IMG/VR virus record: IMGVR_UViG_2974514734_000001
Span: 96,683-157,920 of that record
Length of the DNA stretch: 61,238 nt
Strand: one strand, 5' to 3'
Source: a virus
Taxonomy: Duplodnaviria; Heunggongvirae; Uroviricota; Caudoviricetes; Ackermannviridae
The notes beneath the pieces were generated by a model. The model did not search any database and had not been told where the DNA came from. It worked only from the letters and a program-made list of their open reading frames with translations. Shown piece by piece: positions 38,353 through 47,824 of the stretch (positions are counted from its first letter, which is position 1; the number at the start of each line of letters is the position of its first letter). The position numbers and the translations under genes are program-made.

Positions 38353-38384
38353 CTTGTAGTTCTCACTGTGGGGTAATGGGGCTA

Positions 38385-41126
38385 TTATGCCCCGAGAATA
38401 CGTTTTGAAATAGCCTTCACAAATCTAGTGGCATCTTCAATCGCGTTGTGTGCCGAAGGCTGATATGTTGACATCATGAATTTCACCAAACGATGACATT
38501 CAACTCGGTATCGGTTTTTGGCCTTTTGCTTTTGAGATATAGTGCTAGTGACCTTTATCTCATCAAATCCTTCAGCAGTTAATTTTTCATTCAATAAATC
38601 AACAACTTGAGTTAACTGGTTACAGGCGCGGAAAAATCTCGTAGTTGAGAAAGGCATTTCTATATGATAATGTAATTCCTCAACAGCCTTGCGGAAATAA
38701 CCGTACCCCGATCCAGACGGATTTCGTTTGGCCAGCATACGAACAATCTTCCATTCTTCTTCAGTGATTTGTTGTTTCGCATAACCGATGATTGCTTTTG
38801 CCCTGTGTTGATGATGGGCATAGCCATCCGTAACTTTTCCATGGGAATCAATCAACAGCTTGGCACCATAATCAATGCGATGAGACATGATGTTTATGCC
38901 CTTGCGAAGTTTCAGGAGTTTCTTAGATTCAAGCGCCTGAAATTCATCTTTATAATGCTCAAGCAACATATCAAACACTGCGTCAATGGGGATGAATACT
39001 TCAGGAAATTTCTTCATCATCGGAACAGATTTACGACGCGCAAGAACGATTGTTGGATGTGCTCCCAGCAAATCAAACAGGTTTTCGTTTCCATTCTCGC
39101 CGAACTTCGTTCTTTCCATCGCTTCACGCAAATGTCCAGCCGTGGATTGTCGTAAGGTATTACCATGAATTTTATGGATACCTTCTCGGCCAGATACTTC
39201 GATATATACGATCTTTTTGCCCGAATCAATAATATCTGAAACGGTTTTTCCATCTAATTCATAAACGCTGTCGAAGTTAAATGAATTGTAATGGAAACTA
39301 AACATCCCAGGATCTTTTTCAACGGTCGGGCGAACATATTCCATTTCATGCATGAAATAGACTTCATCCGGATTGAATAAATCGCCAAAGACCTCGATCA
39401 GTTTATCGGCAAAGACCAGGTAGTCCGGCGTTGTTTCTTGTACACCGATCCATGATTCAAAATAAGACTTCAATTCCTCATGGTTGGTAAATGATTCTTT
39501 ATGTGCCGCCAGCTGATTCCGATTACTGAAATAATTTTCATTCGGTTTGACGACGATAACGACATTGAAGTTATTGCGTGCTGTTTGTATCTTCAGGTTT
39601 CGAGCACGATTCGAGTTATCAATAATAACAGCAATTTTTGATTTAGATTTCAACCAATTTCCGACAGAGTTCACATAAATGCTGTCGTGTACTACACCGT
39701 TGTCGTGTACTTCAATTTCGTAAGGACTACCAATAGACCGGAAAGGTGCATCCAAAGAGTAATCGCGCACGACGTCCGGCGCTCCGATATAACGGAACGT
39801 GCCTTTGTAGAAACGGTTATCTGCAGGAAATTCTCGCTCCACTAATTTACGGAAACCGCTACCGAACATATCAGTCAGCTGAGTCTTTTTCATATACAAC
39901 ATAAGAGGACCCATTGACTCCGCTTGGCGAAGTTCATACATCTTCGCTTGCATGATATTTTCGGCCACATGCTTGAACACGCGGTTCAGGCTTTCACGAG
40001 TGAATTCGTCGTATGACAAGTCTTCGCGTGACGGCGGTACATTCAGTTCTCCAAGTTCGAAGAAGGTATAGGAACTCGGGAATTTTTCCAGCACGGTGCA
40101 TATTTCAGAGTCCAATTGGTCGAGATCTATCGGGTAAGAAACCCCGCCCATGACAGCATAGTGGATGTTGTCGGAATCTGACTTCGGTTGGATATATGTG
40201 TTGCCTACACGGTTTTCGAAGTTGATGTCAGACCAACGGAAAGAATAACTGGCGTTTTCAACCTTCGGTCGCATTGAAGGTCGCATCACTCGACCCAAAC
40301 GGACCAACTCTTGTTCAAAGGCGGTAAAACGCTGATTCTTTACAGGAACTTTAACAGTCAGGCCGTTGAACTCATCAGTGTCTTCCGGTTTAGGATCACG
40401 GGTATCTAAATCCTTGGTAATGAGATCTACAGTTGGGATTCTGTCCGCATTCAGATACATCAGGAAGCGATACAGTTTCCCTTCATAGCGACTTTCTACT
40501 GTAAATGAATCAGATACCGCAAATGGGGATTTAGAACCTAGCCCAAACGCCCCTATTTGCCCGTCGTCGTCCTCTTTTGTACTATGGAAGAGTGTTGTAT
40601 ACAAACCAGGACCACGAATGATCTCGCCATCCTCAGCGCGGAATACCAGTACCCCATTATAATAACCAGGTGTACCAATAACAGCAGTGCTATCAGGGAT
40701 TTCGTCTTCCTTCACGACGATATTACCTTCAACCAGCACTTCATCTTCACGCGCTGTAATAGGCTCGCCGATGATCATTTCTAATGGAAGACCAACCCCA
40801 TAATCTTTAATTTCCAGCCAGGGTTCCATAACATCCGGTAAATGTACAACAACAGGAGTTCCCTTGGGGGCAAGATGTTTGCTGTATCGTTGAGGCATAG
40901 GGGTGAGAGGAGCATAATACGATGGCATCCAGCGTTGTTGGCGATCACGCATATTATGCGAGTCTATACCATTACACAACGTCTCACGCAAAGACGCCGC
41001 CTCTTTATATTTGTAGAGACTTGAGAATAATGTTTCAAATAATTTATCCGTCATCTTGACATTGAATGTCTGTCCGACGATGGTAGAAGAAGAGCGCACG
41101 AAATGCTCAGACTTGCGCATTTTCAT
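38385..41126 (-). CDS. rIIA: rIIA protein (GHKL ATPase N-terminus)
   Basis: LYKYKEAASLRETLCNGIDSH, IKDYGVG, STKED..QIGAFGLGSKSPF. Confidence 0.95.
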   Translation of the reverse strand: MKMRKSEHFVRSSSTIVGQTFNVKMTDKLFETLFSSLYKYKEAASLRETLCNGIDSHNMRDRQQRWMPSYYAPLTPMPQRYSKHLAPKGTPVVVHLPDVMEPWLEIKDYGVGLPLEMIIGEPITAREDEVLVEGNIVVKEDEIPDSTAVIGTPGYYNGVLVFRAEDGEIIRGPGLYTTLFHSTKEDDDGQIGAFGLGSKSPFAVSDSFTVESRYEGKLYRFLMYLNADRIPTVDLITKDLDTRDPKPEDTDEFNGLTVKVPVKNQRFTAFEQELVRLGRVMRPSMRPKVENASYSFRWSDINFENRVGNTYIQPKSDSDNIHYAVMGGVSYPIDLDQLDSEICTVLEKFPSSYTFFELGELNVPPSREDLSYDEFTRESLNRVFKHVAENIMQAKMYELRQAESMGPLMLYMKKTQLTDMFGSGFRKLVEREFPADNRFYKGTFRYIGAPDVVRDYSLDAPFRSIGSPYEIEVHDNGVVHDSIYVNSVGNWLKSKSKIAVIIDNSNRARNLKIQTARNNFNVVIVVKPNENYFSNRNQLAAHKESFTNHEELKSYFESWIGVQETTPDYLVFADKLIEVFGDLFNPDEVYFMHEMEYVRPTVEKDPGMFSFHYNSFNFDSVYELDGKTVSDIIDSGKKIVYIEVSGREGIHKIHGNTLRQSTAGHLREAMERTKFGENGNENLFDLLGAHPTIVLARRKSVPMMKKFPEVFIPIDAVFDMLLEHYKDEFQALESKKLLKLRKGINIMSHRIDYGAKLLIDSHGKVTDGYAHHQHRAKAIIGYAKQQITEEEWKIVRMLAKRNPSGSGYGYFRKAVEELHYHIEMPFSTTRFFRACNQLTQVVDLLNEKLTAEGFDEIKVTSTISQKQKAKNRYRVECHRLVKFMMSTYQPSAHNAIEDATRFVKAISKRILGA

Positions 41127-41177
41127 AGTATAGAATTCCTGTTCAGATCAAAGAAGAACACATTATTGGGTAAGGTT

Positions 41178-41225
41178 ATGATACTGGCGGGTGGTTCAAT
41201 AGAAAAGCCTCCAATCGGAGGCTTT
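41178..41225 (-). promoter_or_regulatory. Terminator (41203-41225) followed by TATTGAA-N11-TATCAT promoter for rIIA
   Basis: Minus strand: aaagcctccgattggaggctttt c tattgaa ccacccgccag TATCAT. Confidence 0.65.
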
Positions 41226-41233
41226 AATCAGGA

Positions 41234-41587
41234 TTAACTTCCCTGAACGTTTACAACGGTGGCGTTGAAATTGAATATCGGGTGGGTGGCACCTGGCTCT
41301 AACGTCTCTTCCAGATAACCCACAATATTGCGTGTCACAGATTTCGGCTCTGCGCGGGAAGGCTTCGTTGCGCCGAGGTCAATAATGCTCGAAGTGACTT
41401 GTTCAACCTGAGTGTGATTGACAACAAAATGATAACGACTACCGAAGGCCGCAACTTCAACTTCTGTGATTTCTAAACCACTCAATTCAGAGCTGTTCAA
41501 CTGCTTCACATTCAATTGAGAGCGGAGGTGCTCTACGATATTACTGTAAACATATTGTGGTGTGATCAGCTGTTCAATAGAACTCAT
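41234..41587 (-). CDS. Hypothetical protein
   Basis: GAGG RBS; 117 aa. Confidence 0.7.
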   Translation of the reverse strand: MSSIEQLITPQYVYSNIVEHLRSQLNVKQLNSSELSGLEITEVEVAAFGSRYHFVVNHTQVEQVTSSIIDLGATKPSRAEPKSVTRNIVGYLEETLEPGATHPIFNFNATVVNVQGS

Positions 41588-41596
41588 GACATATCC

Positions 41597-41788
41597 TCAT
41601 TTCTTTGGGGGTTTATTGTTACTTAAACGGATCACCTCTGCTCGAAGGAAGAGGATTTCATCGGCCATCATTTTACCTTCTTGAAACATAACATGACATC
41701 GTGATGATCTGGGTTCACCTTCCGATAATGCGTGAAGGCGATATTCGGGGATGACGTCATTTACGGCGTTTCTTTTTGTTCTTTCCAT
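41597..41788 (-). CDS. Small hypothetical protein
   Basis: Fills a gap in a co-oriented cluster; start uncertain. Confidence 0.45.
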   Translation of the reverse strand: MERTKRNAVNDVIPEYRLHALSEGEPRSSRCHVMFQEGKMMADEILFLRAEVIRLSNNKPPKK

Positions 41789-41984
41789 GGGTCTTGGCCT
41801 TTTTAGGACGACTGACGGAAGGACGAGCATGCCCAGGTTCCCCAGGGGTACACCCCTGTGCATAACGATGATCATCCCAGAGACGACCATTATGCATCAT
41901 ATCTTCAGCCATGGCGGACAAAGCAAGGGTTGCTACAGTCGCAGCAGATAATGGTTTAGACATTTGTTTCACCTTTTGCTGCAT
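41757..41984 (-). CDS. Small basic hypothetical protein (Lys/Arg tail)
   Basis: Ends KKAKTHGKNKKKRRK. Confidence 0.6.
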   Translation of the reverse strand: MQQKVKQMSKPLSAATVATLALSAMAEDMMHNGRLWDDHRYAQGCTPGEPGHARPSVSRPKKAKTHGKNKKKRRK

Positions 41985-42402
41985 ACGACAGAGCTTTTAC
42001 GATCATAACAGCCAAACCGATAGGATCGTATGCATTGTCGAATTCTTGTTCTATGTTCTGACGAATTTCATCAGAAGATTGTACTTCAGAGCAGTTCTTA
42101 CTCTGTCTGCGTTGCTCTTGCTCGACTAGATCTTTGAACAGAAGGTCTTTGAAAGAATACTCATCGAAGTTTTCAAGATACCGTTGGATGCTTGGTTGTT
42201 TTACATCCATCGTTTGACGCAAATTGCTAATAGTTGAACTTGCCTGTTCGCGGTGTTTGTTCATAACAGCAAAGTTAACGGGCTTGCCCCAAGCATTCAT
42301 CACTGGATTAGAGCATACTTGGCCAAAGAGATCTTGGAAGGCATCATCCATGTGGATCAACGCAGTGGCCAATTCTTCATAAGTTGGTTTTTGAGTAGTC
42401 AT
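41956..42402 (-). CDS. Hypothetical protein
   Basis: GGAG RBS; coupled. Confidence 0.7.
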   Translation of the reverse strand: MTTQKPTYEELATALIHMDDAFQDLFGQVCSNPVMNAWGKPVNFAVMNKHREQASSTISNLRQTMDVKQPSIQRYLENFDEYSFKDLLFKDLVEQEQRRQSKNCSEVQSSDEIRQNIEQEFDNAYDPIGLAVMIVKALSYAAKGETNV

Positions 42403-42770
42403 TTTCGTTTACTCCGATTTTTATATTTCTTAGCCTGACGTTTATGTTGGGCGGCTCCATATAGGCGCGGCGGCTTTTGATAACGTTGTGACGCAATTAT
42501 GTCCCTGTCATCGGCTTCTGCTTCACAATACGAGATATCTGCCTTCCGTAACTGAGCCACCGCTTGAGATACCAATGTTTTGCGTTCACTTTCTACCAGA
42601 TCATCACAAATTATCATGCGTTCACCTGGTTCACAACGACGTTTAGGAATATCGTCTACACTGATACATTCTACTTCAACGCCTTTCAGCTTTTCTTGAA
42701 GGATAGTGGCCATAGTCTGAGCGCCGATTCCTCCTCCAATAATCGCTATCTTTCTTGGCTTGTCTGTCAT
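42399..42770 (-). CDS. Hypothetical protein with Rossmann-like N-terminal IAIIGGGIG and basic tail
   Basis: GxGxxA motif only; rest unassigned. Confidence 0.6.
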   Translation of the reverse strand: MTDKPRKIAIIGGGIGAQTMATILQEKLKGVEVECISVDDIPKRRCEPGERMIICDDLVESERKTLVSQAVAQLRKADISYCEAEADDRDIIASQRYQKPPRLYGAAQHKRQAKKYKNRSKRK

Positions 42771-42783
42771 GTTCTTGTCCATG

Positions 42784-42825
42784 AAAAGGGGATAGAGCAA
42801 TAATACCCTATCCCCATTTATTGAA
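42784..42825 (-). promoter_or_regulatory. TTCAAT-N14-TATTAT promoter inside an intrinsic terminator
   Basis: Minus strand: TTCAAT aaatggggataggg TATTAT tg ctctatcccc tttt. Confidence 0.7.
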
Positions 42826-42831
42826 GAATTA

Positions 42832-43254
42832 TTAGTCTTCCGAACCTACAACCCCACCACGCAGATCCTGTGCTGGCTTACCATCAGGTGCCATGACATA
42901 GATGGTATTGATGGTCTCAAACCAAGACAATAAATCAACTCCTTCAGTGTATGGCGTTACCGGAACAGAAGTTTTGATTTCTTTCTGTTCATCCTTCAAA
43001 TCCGGATGACTTCCCGATAGGGTTAACCAAGCGAATCTTCCGTTGGGATAAATAATGCCTTCTTTGAACATTACAATCTTTTTGCGAGGATTATTGGCTT
43101 CGCCCAGACACACCACCAAATGATGTATCATTTCGGGGCGCGTCAACAACGTGTCATCTTTGATAATGCCCTGCTTGACAGCAGAGATTACCACTTCATC
43201 CAGTAACGCCTGTTGCTGTTCCAGCGTCAGAGATTCGGTTAGTTTCACGCTCAT
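42832..43254 (-). CDS. Hypothetical protein
   Basis: Start corrected to ATG 43254. Confidence 0.65.
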   Translation of the reverse strand: MSVKLTESLTLEQQQALLDEVVISAVKQGIIKDDTLLTRPEMIHHLVVCLGEANNPRKKIVMFKEGIIYPNGRFAWLTLSGSHPDLKDEQKEIKTSVPVTPYTEGVDLLSWFETINTIYVMAPDGKPAQDLRGGVVGSED

Positions 43255-43258
43255 AAGA

Positions 43259-43828
43259 TCAGCCTTTGAAGTTAATCGGAGTCTGGACACCAGAGTCAAA
43301 TGCGGCCTGGGTGCGGGTGTCACTCACCACCTGACATGTCTTGTCAAGATCAATACGCGGATATCCAAAGATTCCTGCTATCAGAGAACCAGGGAACTGG
43401 CCAAGTTTAGTTTCATAGATCGCACATGCGTCCAATTTTTTAGTTTGGCTAATGCGGAATTCATCCCGACCTGAGCTGATAACAACCTGAATCTCTTTGT
43501 ACAAAGATGAATCAAACTGAATATTCTGTTCCTGAATCCATTGCATTACTGCTTTGGAACCGTCCGCGCCATAACGGCCTTGGAAAGTATCTTTGATCAC
43601 TTCCTTCAAACCGTTTTTGTACATGTCAGGAATCTGCGCCGTCTCCTGAACTTTGAGCGTGTAGTTGCTCAGGTGGTTTTCAGAATCTTTGTTGAACTTT
43701 TTGACCTGTTGTTCAATGCGGTTGAAGTCATTGAAATAGCTAACCACACTGCCAATCCCAATTACAGCAAATGCTAGAATCGCCAACCCAACAATCCAAC
43801 CAATTGAAATACCTTTACGTTGTGACAT
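43259..43828 (-). CDS. LemA-like membrane-anchored protein
   Basis: N-terminal TM, SYFNDFNRIEQQV...; YETKLGQFPGSLIAGIFGYP resembles the LemA C-terminus. Confidence 0.6.
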   Translation of the reverse strand: MSQRKGISIGWIVGLAILAFAVIGIGSVVSYFNDFNRIEQQVKKFNKDSENHLSNYTLKVQETAQIPDMYKNGLKEVIKDTFQGRYGADGSKAVMQWIQEQNIQFDSSLYKEIQVVISSGRDEFRISQTKKLDACAIYETKLGQFPGSLIAGIFGYPRIDLDKTCQVVSDTRTQAAFDSGVQTPINFKG

Positions 43829-43843
43829 CTTTACTTCCTCTTG

Positions 43844-44953
43844 TTAAAACAAACGTTTATAAGTTCGACCATTGTACTGCATGCGGCCTAATATGAAAAC
43901 TGCGGTAAAAGGGATACATCCAAACAGCACGACGATAATCACTTCCCAAGTTTTAAGATCTCGCCATTTCAGATATTCCATTTCCTTCATCTCAACTCGG
44001 TTGTATCCCTTACTGATATTGACCGCAACTTCTTGGAACACGGATATACCCATTGGTTTCCCAGTCAATGAAAGTCCGTTACGAGAATGGAGTTCCATGT
44101 TGTTCATGCCGTCGGCAAATGACGTAGACTTACCCCAATTAATTTTCATATCCTTTGAAATATCGGTGACTACAATAACATCGTTCTTTTTACCGCCAGA
44201 CCATGCATATAGAAGTCCCTGAAAATATTCAACAGGCTGGCCAGAAGTCACAACCCAAACGATATTAACCTGACGTGAAGCACCTAATGTTTTCAGAGTA
44301 TTGTTCAGATAGTCATTCCAGTAATCAACAGGAATGTCCATCCCTGACATATTCAGAACACGAGTTACTCGGTAATAATCATACACCCTCGGATATGAAG
44401 GGATATGCTCTTTGAACTTCTCAGCGAATTGCTGGTCAGATTTAGAGAATAATGAATCTTTGTTGCCCAGCACATAATTCATATATGAATGTTCACGTGC
44501 CGCAGGTTCCCCGATTTTAACTTGTGCCCAACGCGGAGGCTCTGTAGTACCCTGACGATCAATACGGTCAATGCTCAGATCACCGACGGTTGTTAATACG
44601 TCCCAATCAACGTCATAAGAGTGCTCATAGCATGTGCTGCAATGACGCGTTTGTGTACAAGATCGGTTATTTCCTGAACCTGTACAAGATGTTGTGTAAT
44701 AACACATACATTCATAAGAATGTTCACAACCCACCTTATTCCGTTGCTTATCAGTTACATATCCATTCAGGATTTCCACGTCCCCAGAACTACCAAGGGA
44801 GAAAGCAGCATATAATCCCGACTGGATAAGGCAAGACAATACGATAACAATGGCCGTGGAGATCAAAGTCTCCTTTGGCTCATGAGTCTTGCGGTGATAT
44901 ATCACAAACAAGATGGCCAAAATTACAGGAACCACAAACAGAAGGTAAATCAT
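43844..44953 (-). CDS. Membrane protein with large periplasmic (TPM-like) domain and Cys-rich loop
   Basis: Two N-terminal TMs, one C-terminal TM; 8 Cys in CEHSYECMC...CSTCYEH; LKTLGASRQVNIVWVV. Confidence 0.65.
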   Translation of the reverse strand: MIYLLFVVPVILAILFVIYHRKTHEPKETLISTAIVIVLSCLIQSGLYAAFSLGSSGDVEILNGYVTDKQRNKVGCEHSYECMCYYTTSCTGSGNNRSCTQTRHCSTCYEHSYDVDWDVLTTVGDLSIDRIDRQGTTEPPRWAQVKIGEPAAREHSYMNYVLGNKDSLFSKSDQQFAEKFKEHIPSYPRVYDYYRVTRVLNMSGMDIPVDYWNDYLNNTLKTLGASRQVNIVWVVTSGQPVEYFQGLLYAWSGGKKNDVIVVTDISKDMKINWGKSTSFADGMNNMELHSRNGLSLTGKPMGISVFQEVAVNISKGYNRVEMKEMEYLKWRDLKTWEVIIVVLFGCIPFTAVFILGRMQYNGRTYKRLF

Positions 44954-45336
44954 AACACACCATCCACGAGTTGTTCCTTCGTCATACCAAGAAGTTGATT
45001 TTTATGCTCAGATTTAGCCCCATTTTTCAACAACAGATCCCAACGTTCTTCATGATACTGTGGAGTCATTGCATCGTCAAAAGAAACATGGTGGCGATGC
45101 ATAATTGTTGCAACGGTATGAAGAACGATTGCTGTTGCTCTTTTTAAAGCACGTGTATCCGTGATGTGGTCTTCGTATTCGATTCCCATCAAATCGAGTT
45201 CTTTTCGGATATATGCTATAGACAAATCACCTTCAGAATGCAATTTAACAATAGTCGCTTTCTTAGGGTGGAGCGCACCATCCGTTTCTTTCATGAACAG
45301 ATCGTACAAATATTGTTTGTATTCGGGGCGCTTCAT
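44950..45336 (-). CDS. Hypothetical protein
   Basis: Coupled, GGAGG RBS. Confidence 0.7.
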   Translation of the reverse strand: MKRPEYKQYLYDLFMKETDGALHPKKATIVKLHSEGDLSIAYIRKELDLMGIEYEDHITDTRALKRATAIVLHTVATIMHRHHVSFDDAMTPQYHEERWDLLLKNGAKSEHKNQLLGMTKEQLVDGVL

Positions 45337-45554
45337 CTCGTAATCCCTCCGGCACAGATGATATTCAGTTCACCGCGACGGAAACCGCCTTGCCCACCGT
45401 TCAATTTAGTCGGAAGCGTATCTTGAACTTTTTGTGCGAACTCTTCCGACACTACCAGATGACCCTTTTCTTGTTTCGGGGTAGATTCAAAATAGTCGCC
45501 AAATGTCGCTTCCATATCGAGCACAGACATATCTTCAATTCGTTGCATTGCCAT
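45333..45554 (-). CDS. Small hypothetical protein
   Basis: GAGG RBS; coupled. Confidence 0.6.
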   Translation of the reverse strand: MAMQRIEDMSVLDMEATFGDYFESTPKQEKGHLVVSEEFAQKVQDTLPTKLNGGQGGFRRGELNIICAGGITR

Positions 45555-45565
45555 GATATAGGACC

Positions 45566-45757
45566 TCAGTATAATTTCGTATAAACTTGTTTAACGCCAA
45601 TATCGGCAGGAGCTGTGCTCTGCTGCATATTATAGAATGCCAAATCTGCTTGTTCTTTGTTTTCAAAATCAACTACAACTGTGTGTACTGATATTGCTTC
45701 ACCCTGTCCATAAGCATAACAACGGCTGGTGACCAATATTTTGTATTGAGGTGTCAT
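45566..45757 (-). CDS. Small hypothetical protein
   Basis: 63 aa downstream of a promoter. Confidence 0.6.
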   Translation of the reverse strand: MTPQYKILVTSRCYAYGQGEAISVHTVVVDFENKEQADLAFYNMQQSTAPADIGVKQVYTKLY

Positions 45758-45771
45758 AAATCAATCCTTGC

Positions 45772-45819
45772 AAAAAGAAAGGGGAACGGGCTAATAATAA
45801 CCCATTCCCCTTTATTGAA
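45772..45819 (-). promoter_or_regulatory. TTCAAT-N14-TATTAT promoter inside an intrinsic terminator
   Basis: Minus strand: TTCAAT aaaggggaatgggt TATTAT tag cccgttcccc tttctttt. Confidence 0.7.
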
Positions 45820-45838
45820 GAACGCAATCGCAATCAGA

Positions 45839-46006
45839 TTACTTTTTCTTCAGCTCGTCCAGTTTGGCTTCGATTTGTTCCAGGATGTCTTTACCCTTCT
45901 GAACAATCACTTCACCGTCTTGCGCGTGTTTGCGAAAGACCAGAGCGCCAGCGATGAAGCCGACAACCACACCAGGAAGCGCATAAACCAACAGATCTTG
46001 TAACAT
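45839..46006 (-). CDS. 55-aa single-TM coiled-coil peptide (YtxH-like; not in ORF track)
   Basis: MLQDLLVYALPGVVVGFIAGALVFRKHAQDGEVIVQKGKDILEQIEAKLDELKKK; GAGG RBS. Confidence 0.75.
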   Translation of the reverse strand: MLQDLLVYALPGVVVGFIAGALVFRKHAQDGEVIVQKGKDILEQIEAKLDELKKK

Positions 46007-46041
46007 GATAATATCCTCACTTTATAGCGAGGATATTTATA

Positions 46042-47283
46042 TCAGCGTTTCAAGAGTGTCATGAGGTTCACACTTTTAGAAGGATACACAGTACCATTTC
46101 GGCTCATGGTGTCCAATTTACCAACTGACAAACAAACCTCAGACGGTTCCCAACGTGTACCCTGCTGTAAATGCCAGATATGTAGAGGAACACCCGTCTC
46201 AAAGAACACGGGCATCTTCCACTTCTGGACGCCTGGAACGTGCCCTGCAGGAGCTTTCTCACATAACAGGGTATCTGGTAGCCAGAGTGAACGGGCTTCC
46301 CAGAGAGGTGCACAGGAGTATTCAGGCCAAATACGTTCCATATAATCGATCTCGTCCCATGTACGCTCGGCGTCCCACCCGATGTAACGGGTATTCTTCA
46401 GTCGGAAGAATTTCTTCAGCCAACAAGCACCGGAGGTCTCAAAGTTCAGACGATTGATAAACGTGATGTGGCCAAACTCTTCAACGCATTCCTGAAACGC
46501 TTTCTCAAGGTCGGTTTCGAGTATATCACATTCTTCGTCTGTAATAGGACAACCGTTAATCTTTTTCTTCCCGTGCTTGGTCACCCAGTCGTCACGGTTG
46601 GACAAGAATGCCGCGCCGTTGCGGTTGGACTCGCTGCCATCGCGGTCACGCAACATGAAACCAGGGACGTCTATATCCCATATGTTACCGAAGACCATGT
46701 TCAGGGCTTCCAGGAAGTTCCATGCGCTCAGGCGACCGAAGTATTTCCATGACATCGCCGTATTCCACAGTTCGGTGAACTGGTCTTCCTTGGTAGTGCA
46801 TTCCAACATCCAACGAAAAGAATCCATTTGGGTTTTACCACCCAACCAATCGATATAGGACTGAACGCACGGAATCATTTTCGACTTACGATAACGACAA
46901 TCTGTATCGAAGCGCATACGATCAAAGTTCAGGTTATACCAATCAGAAAATCGCTGAAACTCTTTCGGAGATTGTGGGGGTACAGGAAATTCACTGTAAA
47001 TTGTCCATGGTCCAATCCCATTATAGCAACACCCCCACAAAAAGGCCATCCAAATCTTGCGCTCGATCTTTTCGAGCTGTGTGATGCCTTCTGTAACCTC
47101 GATGGCATAATCCATCAGACGGACTTGCTGGTTATGCTCTTCAGTGTAGGATAGCGCCTCCACCCATGCCTTGAGCAGGTACATGCGATTTTCTGGCTTA
47201 CGATAATCTACTGCCAGATCAATCGGGTATTTCCATTTTTCAGGGGCTTTATATCCCTGCGGCATTTTAGACAGATGCGTCAT
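46042..47283 (-). CDS. Amino-acid:DNA transferase (aGPT-Pplase2 family) for thymidine hypermodification
   Basis: DTDCRYRK, W.YFGRLSAWNFLE, SESNRNG, NFETSGACW.K; near the second 5-HMUDK as in Vi01-like phages. Confidence 0.8.
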   Translation of the reverse strand: MTHLSKMPQGYKAPEKWKYPIDLAVDYRKPENRMYLLKAWVEALSYTEEHNQQVRLMDYAIEVTEGITQLEKIERKIWMAFLWGCCYNGIGPWTIYSEFPVPPQSPKEFQRFSDWYNLNFDRMRFDTDCRYRKSKMIPCVQSYIDWLGGKTQMDSFRWMLECTTKEDQFTELWNTAMSWKYFGRLSAWNFLEALNMVFGNIWDIDVPGFMLRDRDGSESNRNGAAFLSNRDDWVTKHGKKKINGCPITDEECDILETDLEKAFQECVEEFGHITFINRLNFETSGACWLKKFFRLKNTRYIGWDAERTWDEIDYMERIWPEYSCAPLWEARSLWLPDTLLCEKAPAGHVPGVQKWKMPVFFETGVPLHIWHLQQGTRWEPSEVCLSVGKLDTMSRNGTVYPSKSVNLMTLLKR

Positions 47284-47617
47284 CCTTCACCTCGGCTTCG
47301 AGTTGGATATCTTCGGGGCTTACTACGGGCTGTCCCAGAGACCAGATAGGCAGGAAACGACGATCATTCGTTACCAACCAAATTTGCTTGGCGGTTTTCG
47401 TCTTTTCGGAAATAAAATGCTGGGCATTGACCTGGGTACGAGCCAAACCCACCTGACGCCAAGAACCGAAATCCTTAGAAGAAGGATTGGTATTCAGTTG
47501 AAATTGTGGGACGATTTTATTCTGTTCCGGATAATAACGGACAGCGTTAATCATCTTCGCATCACCACGGTAATCAATAGCAACAGCGACAACGTTGCGT
47601 GGAATGAGGATTTTCAT
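47267..47617 (-). CDS. Hypothetical protein
   Basis: Coupled; AGGA RBS. Confidence 0.7.
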   Translation of the reverse strand: MKILIPRNVVAVAIDYRGDAKMINAVRYYPEQNKIVPQFQLNTNPSSKDFGSWRQVGLARTQVNAQHFISEKTKTAKQIWLVTNDRRFLPIWSLGQPVVSPEDIQLEAEVKDDASV

Positions 47618-47618
47618 T

Positions 47619-47822
47619 TTAATTCCTTTTGAAACTCTGAATTATGTTATAGACGAAAGGCGTTAATAAGATAGCACCCCCCAAATAATATAACGCGTAA
47701 ACGTTCAATATTTCGGTTGAATCCAACTCAACGATGCCCAAATATTTCATGATACCGACAAGCACAGCTGTGATACACATCACCAATCCGACGAACACAA
47801 AATATTTAGACATCTGTTTCAT
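47619..47822 (-). CDS. Small two-TM membrane protein
   Basis: Two hydrophobic helices. Confidence 0.65.
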   Translation of the reverse strand: MKQMSKYFVFVGLVMCITAVLVGIMKYLGIVELDSTEILNVYALYYLGGAILLTPFVYNIIQSFKRN

Positions 47823-47824
47823 TT

